Positions 1 through 8,059 of a stretch of 64,000 bases of DNA are shown here, piece after piece (positions within the stretch are counted from its first letter, which is position 1; each line of letters opens with the position of its first letter). The notes beneath the pieces were generated by a model. That model was not told where the DNA came from. It made no database searches and worked only from the letters and a program-made list of their open reading frames with translations. The translations under genes and the position numbers were made by a program. Origin of the DNA: Spirochaetia bacterium (GTDB taxonomy: Bacteria > Spirochaetota > Spirochaetia > CADAEX01); the NCBI GenBank assembly GCA_963662795.1, contig OY759746.1:1536001-1600000 (forward strand), written 5' to 3'.

Positions 1-90
1 CCCCGGGTGGGGCGGCATAGCCTCTGCCTGGAAAGCTGTAAATATTATAAATGCAATAAAAAGCACATATTTTCTTAAATCCTTAAACAT
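1..90 (-). CDS. 5' end (partial) of a secreted protein, probably M6-family (immune inhibitor A-like) metalloprotease
   Basis: ATG at 90 with GAGGA RBS; translates MFKDLRKYVLFIAFIIFTAFQAEAMPPHPG, a signal peptide followed by the AMPPHP start typical of M6 propeptides; runs off the window. Confidence 0.6.
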   Translation of the reverse strand, partial: MFKDLRKYVLFIAFIIFTAFQAEAMPPHPG

Positions 91-166
91 TATCCTCTAA
101 TCCTTACTCTGCAATGAACCTGCCCTTTAAAAAACGGAGAGCAGGTAAAGCAATATTTCCTTTCTC

Positions 167-394
167 TTAATATTTACGTTCTTTCTCTTCAGGAGTCAAC
201 CAATTATTTGCCGTGTACTTCCTAATCCTGTTGTAATAAATTTCAATATCCCAATAAAGATCCTTAATCAATTCATCCATACTTCAATATTTTCGGTAAT
301 AAACCAAGGGAGTTTTTACTGTATGAAAGAATGACTCTGCTGCTACATTATACCACAGGTAAGCTTCGCTCTCCCAATAGTTTCCTTTCCTGCT
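167..394 (-). pseudogene. IS3 transposase OrfB C-terminal remnant
   Basis: SRKGNYW..WYNVAAESFFHTVKTPLVYYRKY*SMDELIKDLYWDIEIYYNRIRKYTANNWLTPEEKE matches the IS3 SRKGNCWDNA.ESFF..LK.E...IE.FYN..R.HS..YL.P consensus; in-frame TGA at 284-286. Confidence 0.85.
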
Positions 395-397
395 TAT

Positions 398-454
398 ACC
401 TTATTCTATTAAAAATCATCTTAACTACTACTTCGGGAAATCAAGGCATGATCA
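398..454. repeat. ~57-bp direct repeat copy A (IS3 left end)
   Basis: accttattctattaaaaatcatcttaactactacttcgggaaatcaaggcatgatca, similar to 2781-2838. Confidence 0.9.
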
Positions 455-1814
455 TTTTCTTAAGTTCGGGTTTTCTGAATACATTCTTTGATTCCCGACC
501 CACAACAACAAAAGACAGGACTCCGATGGTTATGAAGCTGATCAGGATGGCGGTGAACACCCCGTTGACACCCAAAAATCGGGACAACAGATATGCCAGG
601 GGGACTGCAACAACAGCAATCTGCACCAGAGAAAGGGCCCCGGCCAGAAAAGGTTTGTGGAAAGTGTTCAGAACTGCCGCTCCAATCTGGCCGCAGCCAT
701 ACATTCCGTATCCGATAGGGACGATCATCAGGTAGGCTTCCGCTGTGTTCCGTATCAGACGCTCCCCGTTGAAGATGCCGGCAAGTGAGCCTCCGGTGAA
801 GAAGAGGAGGACCGCCGACAAAATCCCTATGATATGGGCATAAAGACGCATCAAGCGGATTCCCTGCTTTGCTCTGTCTATGTTTCCTGCACCCAGGTTT
901 TGTCCTACAAAGACTGTGGCGGTGACTGCCAGTGCGTTGAATACGGCAAGCACAATCCCTTCTATTTTAGCCGCTACACCGAAACCTGCAACTGTTTCGT
1001 GTCCGTAACCGGCAAGGATCGAGGTGAATATGGCCGTTCCCAGGGGCAAGATCGCTTTTATAGCCGAATTCGGCAGACCGATATGCAACAGGGCTTTCCA
1101 TTTGTTCCATACGCTGGAAACTCTCAGGCCGCGAATGGTTATCAGTTTTTCCCGGAATACCTGAATGAGAATGGAAACGGTTGCCGCAATGGCTCGTGAG
1201 AATATAGTGGCCAATGCTGCTCCCGCGACACCCATCTTCGGGAAGGGACCGATGCCGAAGATAAGAAGAGGATCAAATATTGCGTTTACTACAGCTACTG
1301 TCAGCATGACAAAGGCTGGGGTAAAGGTGTCACCGAGCCCCCGGAGGATAGAATCGCCCAGCATTGGAATGACCATGAAGGCTGACCCCAGGTACCATAT
1401 TCTCATATATGTGATGATGACGGGCATCAGTTCGTCTCCGGCTCCGAGCAGGCGGAAGATCGGTTCGATGGTGAAGAATCCGATCATGCCTACGACAATA
1501 GACATGGAAATGCCCAGGGCCAGGGAGGATGTGGCCAGCAGTCGTTCCTCTTCAAGATTATGATTTCCTACGGCACGGGAAAACAGAGCCATGGAGGCTG
1601 TTCCAATACCGAAGACGATACTGCCGATGACCATGATCACGGGGAATGTGAATGATATGGCCGCCAGTTCAAGCGCGCCCAGGCGTCCCACAAAAAACGT
1701 GTCTACTACGTTAAATATCATCATCCCGAGCATCCCGACAATCGAGGGAAGGGTAATGCGGATCAGGGTAGTGGGCAGGGGCCCATTAAGTATAGCTTGT
1801 CTTTTCTCTTTCAT
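441..1814 (-). CDS. MATE family efflux transporter
   Basis: 457 aa, about 12 TM; FNVVDTFFVGRLG, RGLGDT, MGVAGAALAT and GQNLGAG motifs; stop codon lies inside the IS left end. Confidence 0.95.
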   Translation of the reverse strand: MKEKRQAILNGPLPTTLIRITLPSIVGMLGMMIFNVVDTFFVGRLGALELAAISFTFPVIMVIGSIVFGIGTASMALFSRAVGNHNLEEERLLATSSLALGISMSIVVGMIGFFTIEPIFRLLGAGDELMPVIITYMRIWYLGSAFMVIPMLGDSILRGLGDTFTPAFVMLTVAVVNAIFDPLLIFGIGPFPKMGVAGAALATIFSRAIAATVSILIQVFREKLITIRGLRVSSVWNKWKALLHIGLPNSAIKAILPLGTAIFTSILAGYGHETVAGFGVAAKIEGIVLAVFNALAVTATVFVGQNLGAGNIDRAKQGIRLMRLYAHIIGILSAVLLFFTGGSLAGIFNGERLIRNTAEAYLMIVPIGYGMYGCGQIGAAVLNTFHKPFLAGALSLVQIAVVAVPLAYLLSRFLGVNGVFTAILISFITIGVLSFVVVGRESKNVFRKPELKKMIMP

Positions 1815-2248
1815 TTCAATTCTACCATGTTGCTGTGAACGGTTGATGAGAAAGAGTCCAGCATCTTTATGAATTGTTCCAGTTCTTTCTCCGAAAGCTC
1901 ATCGGACAGGAGTCGGTCAAGGCGGTTAAGAATCTTCACGACCTCGGGGAAAATAGCCCGGCCCAGGTCGGTAAGATAGACTCCATTGATCCGGTTGTCC
2001 TGCCGGTTCGTCCTCCGTTCTGCGTAATTTGTCTTTACAAGGTGATTGACCGCTTTGGTGGTTCTTGTTTTATCGGTAACAACCTTTTCCATAAGTTCTT
2101 TCTGGGAAATTCCCTCGTTATGAGCCACGGTCAGATAGAAGGGCAGGGTCCGTTGACCCAGTCCGAAAGATTCGAGATGATGGTTAATATATCGTTCCTG
2201 CCATCGGGCAGCCCGGGCCAGGGAATGGCCTAGTTTTTGAATGTCCAT
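1811..2248 (-). CDS. MarR family transcriptional regulator
   Basis: GISQKEL..KTRTTKAVNHL..DNRINGVYLTDLG wHTH; likely start MDIQKLG at 2248; 4-bp overlap with MATE. Confidence 0.92.
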   Translation of the reverse strand: MDIQKLGHSLARAARWQERYINHHLESFGLGQRTLPFYLTVAHNEGISQKELMEKVVTDKTRTTKAVNHLVKTNYAERRTNRQDNRINGVYLTDLGRAIFPEVVKILNRLDRLLSDELSEKELEQFIKMLDSFSSTVHSNMVELK

Positions 2249-2251
2249 GGC

Positions 2252-2288
2252 AAGTGTGTAACACTTAATAGTTGCCGATGTCAACCAT
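2252..2288 (-). promoter_or_regulatory. marR-MATE promoter with two palindromic operators
   Basis: AAGTGT-gta-ACACTT (2252-2266) and ATaGTTGcC-gat-GtCAACcAT (2268-2288), the second overlapping a TTGACA -35 on the minus strand. Confidence 0.6.
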
Positions 2289-2589
2289 TAAGAGCTTGAA
2301 TCTATTCATATTGAAACTGCATATGAGAGTAATCAGCCAAACTTTACTGAGTAAACACTGTTTTAAAAAAATACAATGGTGATGGTTTTCCGGGTCTCAC
2401 TCAATCTGCAAGCTTGTAGTGAGAATCCAATATTCCCTGAGGGTCGTGCGTTAGTTTTTTATATCTTTAAGCACTTGAACGATAATAAGGATAATGCAAG
2501 TCAGATAAGATCTCCATTTTCCTGATTCTCATGATGCATTCAGGTTGGGTTAAGCAAAAGAAGTGAGGAGTCCTTTAATACCATAAATC

Positions 2590-2779
2590 CGCTCTCGGAT
2601 AATTTGAGATTATCTCCCATTATCAGAAAGCTGACGCTTCCAATTGCCAATTAAGCCATTAGCAATTCCTGAAGATTGCTCAACGCTGTGGGGTGTCCTG
2701 TCTGGATATTCTGATAGAGCTATGGTATTCCTTTTAAACCCTGCGTCATAACGGCATCTTTTTTTTCATTCATAGTCAT
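2590..2779 (-). pseudogene. IS3 transposase OrfA N-terminal remnant (frameshifted)
   Basis: MNEKK/RCRYDAGFKRNTIALSEYPDRTPHSVEQSSGIANGLIGNWKRQL resembles HTH_Tnp_1; starts right after the IRL; frameshift in an A8 run. Confidence 0.75.
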
Positions 2780-2780
2780 T

Positions 2781-2838
2781 ACCTTATTTTATTAAAAATC
2801 GGTCTTAACTACTCCTCCGGGAAATCAAGGCAGGAACA
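2781..2838. repeat. ~57-bp direct repeat copy B (IS3 left end)
   Basis: accttattttattaaaaatcggtcttaactactcctccgggaaatcaaggcaggaaca. Confidence 0.9.
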
Positions 2839-3346
2839 CAATATCGAGAGACGCAACCTCTATTCTGTAGCCTGCGTCAAAAGGTGCCCTTCCTTTGGCT
2901 GCCGGCTCATCCGATGGTATCCGCGAAAGACTTTTTATGTAGCCCAGTTTTTCATCATAAACTGCTTTAAGAACCATGGGAGATGGCTTATCCGATTCAA
3001 GGCTCCCTTTCATTTTCTCAAACATGCTTTTTACTGTAAGAGACTGAATAAAACTCTCTGAAAGAGAGGCCCTGTCCGTATTACCGGTTTTCCAGTCTGT
3101 TACAATATCATCCGCAACTGTAATATTTATTTCTTCAGGCACAAACGTCCCGCGTATATAGATAATATCAGCCTTATAAGATGTAATCTTCAGCCTGTCC
3201 CACTTTTTTTCTGACTTTTCGAGCATTTTCAGCTCACTTTTTTTATCTGTCAGAGTGTTTTCCCTCTTTTCAGACCTTCCCGAAGCGTAAAGGGTTGAGT
3301 ATGCAAGAACAGCAAAAATTATCAATAAAAGAGCTTTTTTGGACAA
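2825..3346 (-). CDS. Secreted protein, DUF6174-like
   Basis: TTG start at 3346 after GGGAG RBS; signal peptide; KKW...ITSY..., TVKSMFE and YDEKLGY pattern; last codons supplied by the IS end. Confidence 0.65.
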   Translation of the reverse strand: MSKKALLLIIFAVLAYSTLYASGRSEKRENTLTDKKSELKMLEKSEKKWDRLKITSYKADIIYIRGTFVPEEINITVADDIVTDWKTGNTDRASLSESFIQSLTVKSMFEKMKGSLESDKPSPMVLKAVYDEKLGYIKSLSRIPSDEPAAKGRAPFDAGYRIEVASLDIVFLP

Positions 3347-3482
3347 CTGTTTATCTCCCGCAAATATACACTTATTATAAGGCAATTATATTTTTTATGC
3401 GTAAAAGTTACAAATAAAGTGTATATACATCAAGGATTTAAAGTCTTAAAATAGGAGTGAAAGCAGATAAGGGAAAAAAATA

Positions 3483-4382
3483 ATGGATGTGATAAAACTA
3501 AAATCATTTATCGCTGTCGCAAAACTCAGGAATTTCAGAAAAGCATCTGAAGAGCTGTTTTTCTCCCAGCCTGCAATCAGCGCCCAGATAAAAGAACTTG
3601 AAAACTATTACAACGTGATTTTATTTGAACGGACAGGAAAAAAGGTTGAACTTACCGAGGCAGGAGAACTTCTGCTTCCTTACGCCGTTGACCTTGTGAG
3701 TAAATTTGAAGAGTCGAGGTACAGTGTCCAGAATGCTGCCAGTGCAGACAGGGGACGGATCAAGATCGGCACAAGCATTCTTCCCGGACTTTATTATCTG
3801 CCTGACCTTATTGCAGAATTCAAGGAAAAGAATCCTGATATTGTTTTTGATATATCACTTTTATATTCTGCAGAAATTGAAAAACTTGTCTATGACATGA
3901 ATATTCACCTGGGTGTTATCGGTACTCCGGAAGATTTCACATTTCAGGAGCACCTGTCCTATGAAAGTGTTTTCAGGGACCGTCTTGTAGGCTGTGTATA
4001 TTCCGGACATCCGTTTTTTGAACGGGAATTTGTTTCTCTTTCGGAATTTGCCGATGAAGAGCTTATTCTTCCCACAAAAAACACCTTTACCCGGAAAATA
4101 GTTGAAAAAAGCATGAAGGAGAAAGGGATCCCGTTCAAGACAGCTTATGAAATAGCGAATAACGAAATGATAAAGCGAATGGTTGAGAAGAAACTGGGAA
4201 TAACTATTATGTGCTCTTCAATGATACAGAGTGATCACCCTGTTCTCAAGCCTGTTATTATAGATGATCTTCACTCGTACAGGCACATAAACATTGTTTT
4301 CCGGAAAGACAGAAAACTGTCCCCGCCTCTCCGGAATTTTATAGAATTTTTAACTTCACATCCCAAGAAAAACGTTATTTAG
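3483..4382 (+). CDS. LysR family transcriptional regulator
   Basis: NFRKASEELFFSQPAISAQIKELE HTH plus LFERTGKKVELTEAG; 299 aa. Confidence 0.97.
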   Translation: MDVIKLKSFIAVAKLRNFRKASEELFFSQPAISAQIKELENYYNVILFERTGKKVELTEAGELLLPYAVDLVSKFEESRYSVQNAASADRGRIKIGTSILPGLYYLPDLIAEFKEKNPDIVFDISLLYSAEIEKLVYDMNIHLGVIGTPEDFTFQEHLSYESVFRDRLVGCVYSGHPFFEREFVSLSEFADEELILPTKNTFTRKIVEKSMKEKGIPFKTAYEIANNEMIKRMVEKKLGITIMCSSMIQSDHPVLKPVIIDDLHSYRHINIVFRKDRKLSPPLRNFIEFLTSHPKKNVI

Positions 4383-4390
4383 AATTTTTT
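4258..4390. repeat. ~133-bp direct repeat copy 1 (lysR 3' end)
   Basis: Nearly identical to 4913-5044, differing by a few substitutions and a 1-bp indel. Confidence 0.97.
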
Positions 4391-4454
4391 ACAAGAAAAT
4401 TTAACAAGACAGGCTTTAAATATAAAATCAACCTCATTCAATGATTCAAAACAA

Positions 4455-4556
4455 TTACGCAGTTCTGTCTCCAATTCCCAGTAAAAGGCCTGAGACACTG
4501 ATATCTTCGTCTGTCCAGACTTTTGATGCAAATACTTCTTTAATTAAAGTATTCAT
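4455..4556 (-). pseudogene. DUF2442-family protein, internally deleted
   Basis: MNTLIKEVFASKVWT-DEDISVSGLLLGIGDRTA*: N- and C-terminal family motifs joined with the middle missing. Confidence 0.7.
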
Positions 4557-4781
4557 GCCACTTTCTCCTTATTAACTCCTGATTTTCTTCTATCATTCTT
4601 TCTATTGTATTAAGTTCTTTTGAAGTCATACCATAATTTGAAGCAATAATTACTTCGGAGTCTAACCAATATTTTGCAACTTTTGTATGTTTTCTGACAT
4701 GAATATGACATTTCTCCAGAGGTTCTCCCTCATTAGAGTAAAAAAAGAATTTATAACGTCTATTTCAAGAATCTTCGGCAT
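4540..4781 (-). pseudogene. DUF4160-family protein (predicted TA component), frameshifted
   Basis: Restoring one base near 4757 gives MPKILEIDGYKFFFYSNEGEPLEKCHIHVRKHTKVAKYWLDSEVIIASNYGMTSKELNTIERMIEENQELIRRKWHEYFN. Confidence 0.82.
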
Positions 4782-4912
4782 TCACGTTCCTGAATTAATT
4801 ATACTATTAATAGATTTTTGTTGCATCACTTTATTCTGATGATCTTGCTTTTGAAAAAAGTATTTTTTAAATTTTCTCCGGCAGTAAGATACGTCTCTCA
4901 TTGGCCGGGTTT

Positions 4913-5044
4913 TTATAGATGATCTTCACTCGTACAGGCATATAAACAGGTTTTCCGGAAAGACAGAAAACTGTCCCCGCCTCTCCGGAATTTTATGGAA
5001 TTTTTAACTTCACATCCCAGGAAAAACGTTATTTAGAATTTTTT
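4913..5044. repeat. ~132-bp direct repeat copy 2 (degenerate lysR 3' end plus Prune stop)
   Basis: Copy of 4258-4390 with a 1-bp deletion. Confidence 0.97.
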
Positions 5045-6117
5045 GCAAAGTATTCCTGTACAACCGGCTGAAGCTTTTTCCTTGACCATCCGATATTTCC
5101 CTGAAGATAAAATCCGGCTCTTCTGTCTACAGGCACTTTGATCTGAGCCGGGGCAAGTTCCCCTCCATTATCCTGAAGGTATGCGTATACGCTTTCAAGC
5201 AGTACAGCATCTTTTGAAAATAGAATCAGCTCTCTTGTAAATTCAGGCTCTGTGTAGGCAATCATTATAAAGAGTATATCAAGGGAGTTTTTTGTATAAT
5301 ATTTATCAGCTGCTTCAAGCAGCTGAGGGTCTTTTTTCAGCCAGTTTTCCATTGAAATGAGGGCAGAGCTGAAACCTGTTTTTTTACTGCCCATTACCCA
5401 TTCCTTGTAGTCTTTTCTTAGAATATCGTAGCTTGAAAGAGGGGCAGTATTAAACTTTTCAAACTGAAGCCTGTCGAAAACCTTGTTCCGGTCAATCTTG
5501 AATGCTGTAGTGATGTAGTCAATAACTTTTATGTCTTTCTCTGTTGTTCTTCCTGCTTCCTTTGAAAAGTTTACTGTATCAAGCAGTATAGGTCCGGCAA
5601 GCAACAGCGCCTCTTCCCTGTTTTCCAGTGCTCCTGCTTTGTCCCTGATTTTTTCCGCCACCAGAGTCGCGCATGATCCCACAGGCTCAATAGTTTTGTT
5701 TTTAACAGGATATGCGTTTTCATCCTTGTGATGGTCAAGGATCTCCTCAATACATCCGGAAAGATATTCCTGTCCGCCGGAAAGTTTATTGTGATCAATT
5801 AATGTGATTTTAAGTCTTCCTGATTTAAAAATTTCTTCAATATTAATTTCATCAATGAAGAGAAGGTTTGTTGTTTCAATTCCTGCTTCCGCAAAAAGAT
5901 ATACAGCTTCTGTCCTTAATTTAAAATCTGCCGCCGGTATGTTTATCAGCGGAATAAAAAGCTCATCATCACTTTTACTTGTTTTTTCCAGAAAGCTTGC
6001 ATAAACTATTGATGATGCCATGGAGTCAAGGTCTGAAGCTTCATTTCCCATGACTACATGAATGATCTTTTTATTGTTTAGATTGAATTTTGAATCAAAA
6101 AGATAGTTATTTAACAT
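5029..6117 (-). CDS. DHH/DHHA2 phosphoesterase, Prune/Ppx1-type exopolyphosphatase
   Basis: GNEASDLDS, IDHN, LDHH, VGSCATLV, ILLDT, ILRKDYK and SRKKLQP motifs; start MLNNY at 6117 after GGAGG. Confidence 0.85.
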   Translation of the reverse strand: MLNNYLFDSKFNLNNKKIIHVVMGNEASDLDSMASSIVYASFLEKTSKSDDELFIPLINIPAADFKLRTEAVYLFAEAGIETTNLLFIDEINIEEIFKSGRLKITLIDHNKLSGGQEYLSGCIEEILDHHKDENAYPVKNKTIEPVGSCATLVAEKIRDKAGALENREEALLLAGPILLDTVNFSKEAGRTTEKDIKVIDYITTAFKIDRNKVFDRLQFEKFNTAPLSSYDILRKDYKEWVMGSKKTGFSSALISMENWLKKDPQLLEAADKYYTKNSLDILFIMIAYTEPEFTRELILFSKDAVLLESVYAYLQDNGGELAPAQIKVPVDRRAGFYLQGNIGWSRKKLQPVVQEYFAKNSK

Positions 6118-6191
6118 AATATTCCTCCATAATAACCTGTATTCAGAATAGAACATTGTCAGTATTCGTCAATAAGATATTGATGATCTTG

Positions 6192-6210
6192 TGATAGAAG
6201 TTTTCTATCA
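6192..6210. promoter_or_regulatory. LysR-type recognition box in the divergent promoter
   Basis: Perfect TGATAGAA-gtt-TTCTATCA containing T-N11-A; a half-site repeat TGATAGA follows; TATAAT at 6255. Confidence 0.65.
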
Positions 6211-6288
6211 GGCTGATAGATTTTTTTCATTGGAAAAATTATACGCCGGGCAGGTATAATGTCGTATAATCGATGGAGGAGATCAGAA

Positions 6289-6930
6289 ATGCCAGACGTG
6301 TTTGAGAAAAACAAGGCAACTTCAGCAGAAGAAGCTGCGAAAATAATTCCAAGGGCTGAGTTCAGAGTATTCGGTCAGGGTATAATTGATATTGTAAAAA
6401 GTAAAATGTGGAATGGAAAGACAATTCTTTTTCAGGCGAGAAAAATGCCGCTTGAGACATATTTTCTTTCAGGACTTACCAACGAGGCAAATGTCAAGGT
6501 TAGAGACGGTCTTCTTGATATAAAAGTAAAAGTCGGTGAGACTCCGGAAGGTTATGAGATTTTCCAGCCAAGCGGAAAATTCCAGTTCCCCGTAAAAAAA
6601 GCAGATCTTGCAACTATTGTTTCCCATCTGAAAGCTGACATGAAACTTGACAAAGAGACTTACACAATTGATGAATTTATCGAAATGGCGAGGAAACATC
6701 CTGACCTTGCGCCTGTCACTGTTGAGAAAATGCGCTACGGTTTTACAATTGACGGTATTATCTGCGAATATGCCCAGGTCTGGTTTAACGGCGCACTGAT
6801 AGAAACCGCATGCGCTGAGAGTGAGAATTACGCTGGCATGAAAGTTGTAGTAGAAGGGCTGGGCATTTCTGAAATGCCGAATACAAGTTATTTAAGAGCT
6901 GCAAAACGTGTTATTGGAATGGCAAAATAG
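6289..6930 (+). CDS. CYTH/triphosphate-tunnel-like hypothetical protein
   Basis: PRAEFR, ETYF, NVKVR..LDIK, VEKMRY, ETACAESE and TSY follow the order of CYTH motifs; GGAGG RBS before 6289. Confidence 0.6.
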   Translation: MPDVFEKNKATSAEEAAKIIPRAEFRVFGQGIIDIVKSKMWNGKTILFQARKMPLETYFLSGLTNEANVKVRDGLLDIKVKVGETPEGYEIFQPSGKFQFPVKKADLATIVSHLKADMKLDKETYTIDEFIEMARKHPDLAPVTVEKMRYGFTIDGIICEYAQVWFNGALIETACAESENYAGMKVVVEGLGISEMPNTSYLRAAKRVIGMAK

Positions 6931-6980
6931 TATTATAATTAAGTAATACTGGAAATATAAAATATTTTTGGAGGAAAATA

Positions 6981-7961
6981 ATGAAAAAATTGTATATTGT
7001 ACTGTTGATATTATTGGTATCAGCAACAATGGTTTTCGCTGGCGGCGGACAGGAAGCAAAAAAAGCTGATACTGCAAAGGCAGCTGCGCCGGCATTTCCT
7101 GAAAAACCGATAAAACTTGTTGTTTATCTTGCGCCGGGCGGAGCCGGAGATATTCTTGCGAGAAAATTCACCGATGTTGCATCAAAGTATACAGATGCGA
7201 CTTTTGTTGTTGAGAACAAACCAGGCGCAGGCGGAATCGTAGCTCTTGAATATATCAGAAGCCTTCCTGCGGACGGTTATAACCTGATGTATGTAACAAA
7301 ATCAATTGTATCCAAAGTAGCGACAACTGAAACAGATATTGATATTACAAAAGAATATGACTGGATAGCGATGCTCCAGGTCGACCCTGAATGTGTAATT
7401 ACCAATGTAAAAAACAAGGCAAATACATGGGAACAGATTTTCGAAGACTCTAAAGCTAAAAACGGAAACCAGCTCTGGCTCGGACCGGCTGCAGGCGGAC
7501 TTGACCATGTAACAGCACAGAAAATATGGGCTTCTGCAGGAATGCAGGCAAAATGGGTTCCTTTTGACAGCGGCGCAAAAGCGATTGCAGCTCTTCTCGG
7601 ACAGCAGGGAGTTGTTTATGTTGGAAACCCGGCAGAAGTTAAGGGAAAACCCGATCTTAAGGTTGCCGCGGTATGCTATTCGGAGAGGCTTCCCGAATTC
7701 AAGGATGTGCCGACATTCAAGGAACTCGGTATTAACGGAGTTGAAAATGAGGTTATGTGGAGAGGTTTTGCCGTAAAAGCCGGAACACCTGATCCTGTAG
7801 TTGCGTGGTATGAAGATCTTTTCGCAAAGGTATCCAACGATGCTGAATGGAAAAAAACATACGAGTCAGACGGTATAGCTGTTGTTAACTGGAAGAAAGA
7901 CAAATTCAACAAGCTTGTTGCTGATGACCTGGCTGAAGGAAAAGCAGCCGCAGCAAAATAA
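6981..7961 (+). CDS. tctC: Tripartite tricarboxylate transporter substrate-binding protein
   Basis: FPEKPIKLVV..APGGAGDILAR, VVENKPGAGG and DVPTFKELG; signal peptide. Confidence 0.93.
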   Translation: MKKLYIVLLILLVSATMVFAGGGQEAKKADTAKAAAPAFPEKPIKLVVYLAPGGAGDILARKFTDVASKYTDATFVVENKPGAGGIVALEYIRSLPADGYNLMYVTKSIVSKVATTETDIDITKEYDWIAMLQVDPECVITNVKNKANTWEQIFEDSKAKNGNQLWLGPAAGGLDHVTAQKIWASAGMQAKWVPFDSGAKAIAALLGQQGVVYVGNPAEVKGKPDLKVAAVCYSERLPEFKDVPTFKELGINGVENEVMWRGFAVKAGTPDPVVAWYEDLFAKVSNDAEWKKTYESDGIAVVNWKKDKFNKLVADDLAEGKAAAAK

Positions 7962-8000
7962 TATTTCAGTTGATAAAGTAACTAAATAATTCTATCAAAC

Positions 8001-8031
8001 AGAGGAGGAGGGCATATTGTCTTCTTCCTCT
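8001..8031 (+). terminator. Intercistronic stem-loop after tctC
   Basis: agaggaggagggca-tat-tgtcttcttcctct hairpin. Confidence 0.55.
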
Positions 8032-8059
8032 TTAAAATTACAATTCTTGCAGGCAAAAA

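Larger units (their letters stand above)
115..454 (-). mobile_element. Internally deleted IS3-family element (MITE-like, 340 bp)
   Basis: IRL TGATCATGCC from 454, about 55 bp of left end fused directly to the orfB C-terminus, then IRR at 115-141. Confidence 0.75.
115..2838 (-). mobile_element. Degenerate IS3-family composite element carrying marR-MATE
   Basis: IRR TGAACCTGCCC...CGGAG at 115; IRL TGTTCCTGCC...CGGAG reading leftward from 2838; caa direct repeat at 112-114 and 2839-2841; orfA and orfB relics inside. Confidence 0.75.

Noticed and set aside
284-286. In-frame TGA as selenocysteine or recoding
   Set aside because: It lies in a truncated transposase relic; all intact genes use TGA as stop
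2290-2590. Possible ends of another IS (gagggtcgtgcgttagtt at ~2439; tgatgcattcaggttggg at ~2532)
   Set aside because: No partner inverted repeat or recognisable transposase found by eye
398-2838. 57-bp direct repeats read as attL/attR or integron attC sites
   Set aside because: They begin TG, match the inverted repeat at 115, and one precedes an IS3 orfA relic, so they are IS left ends
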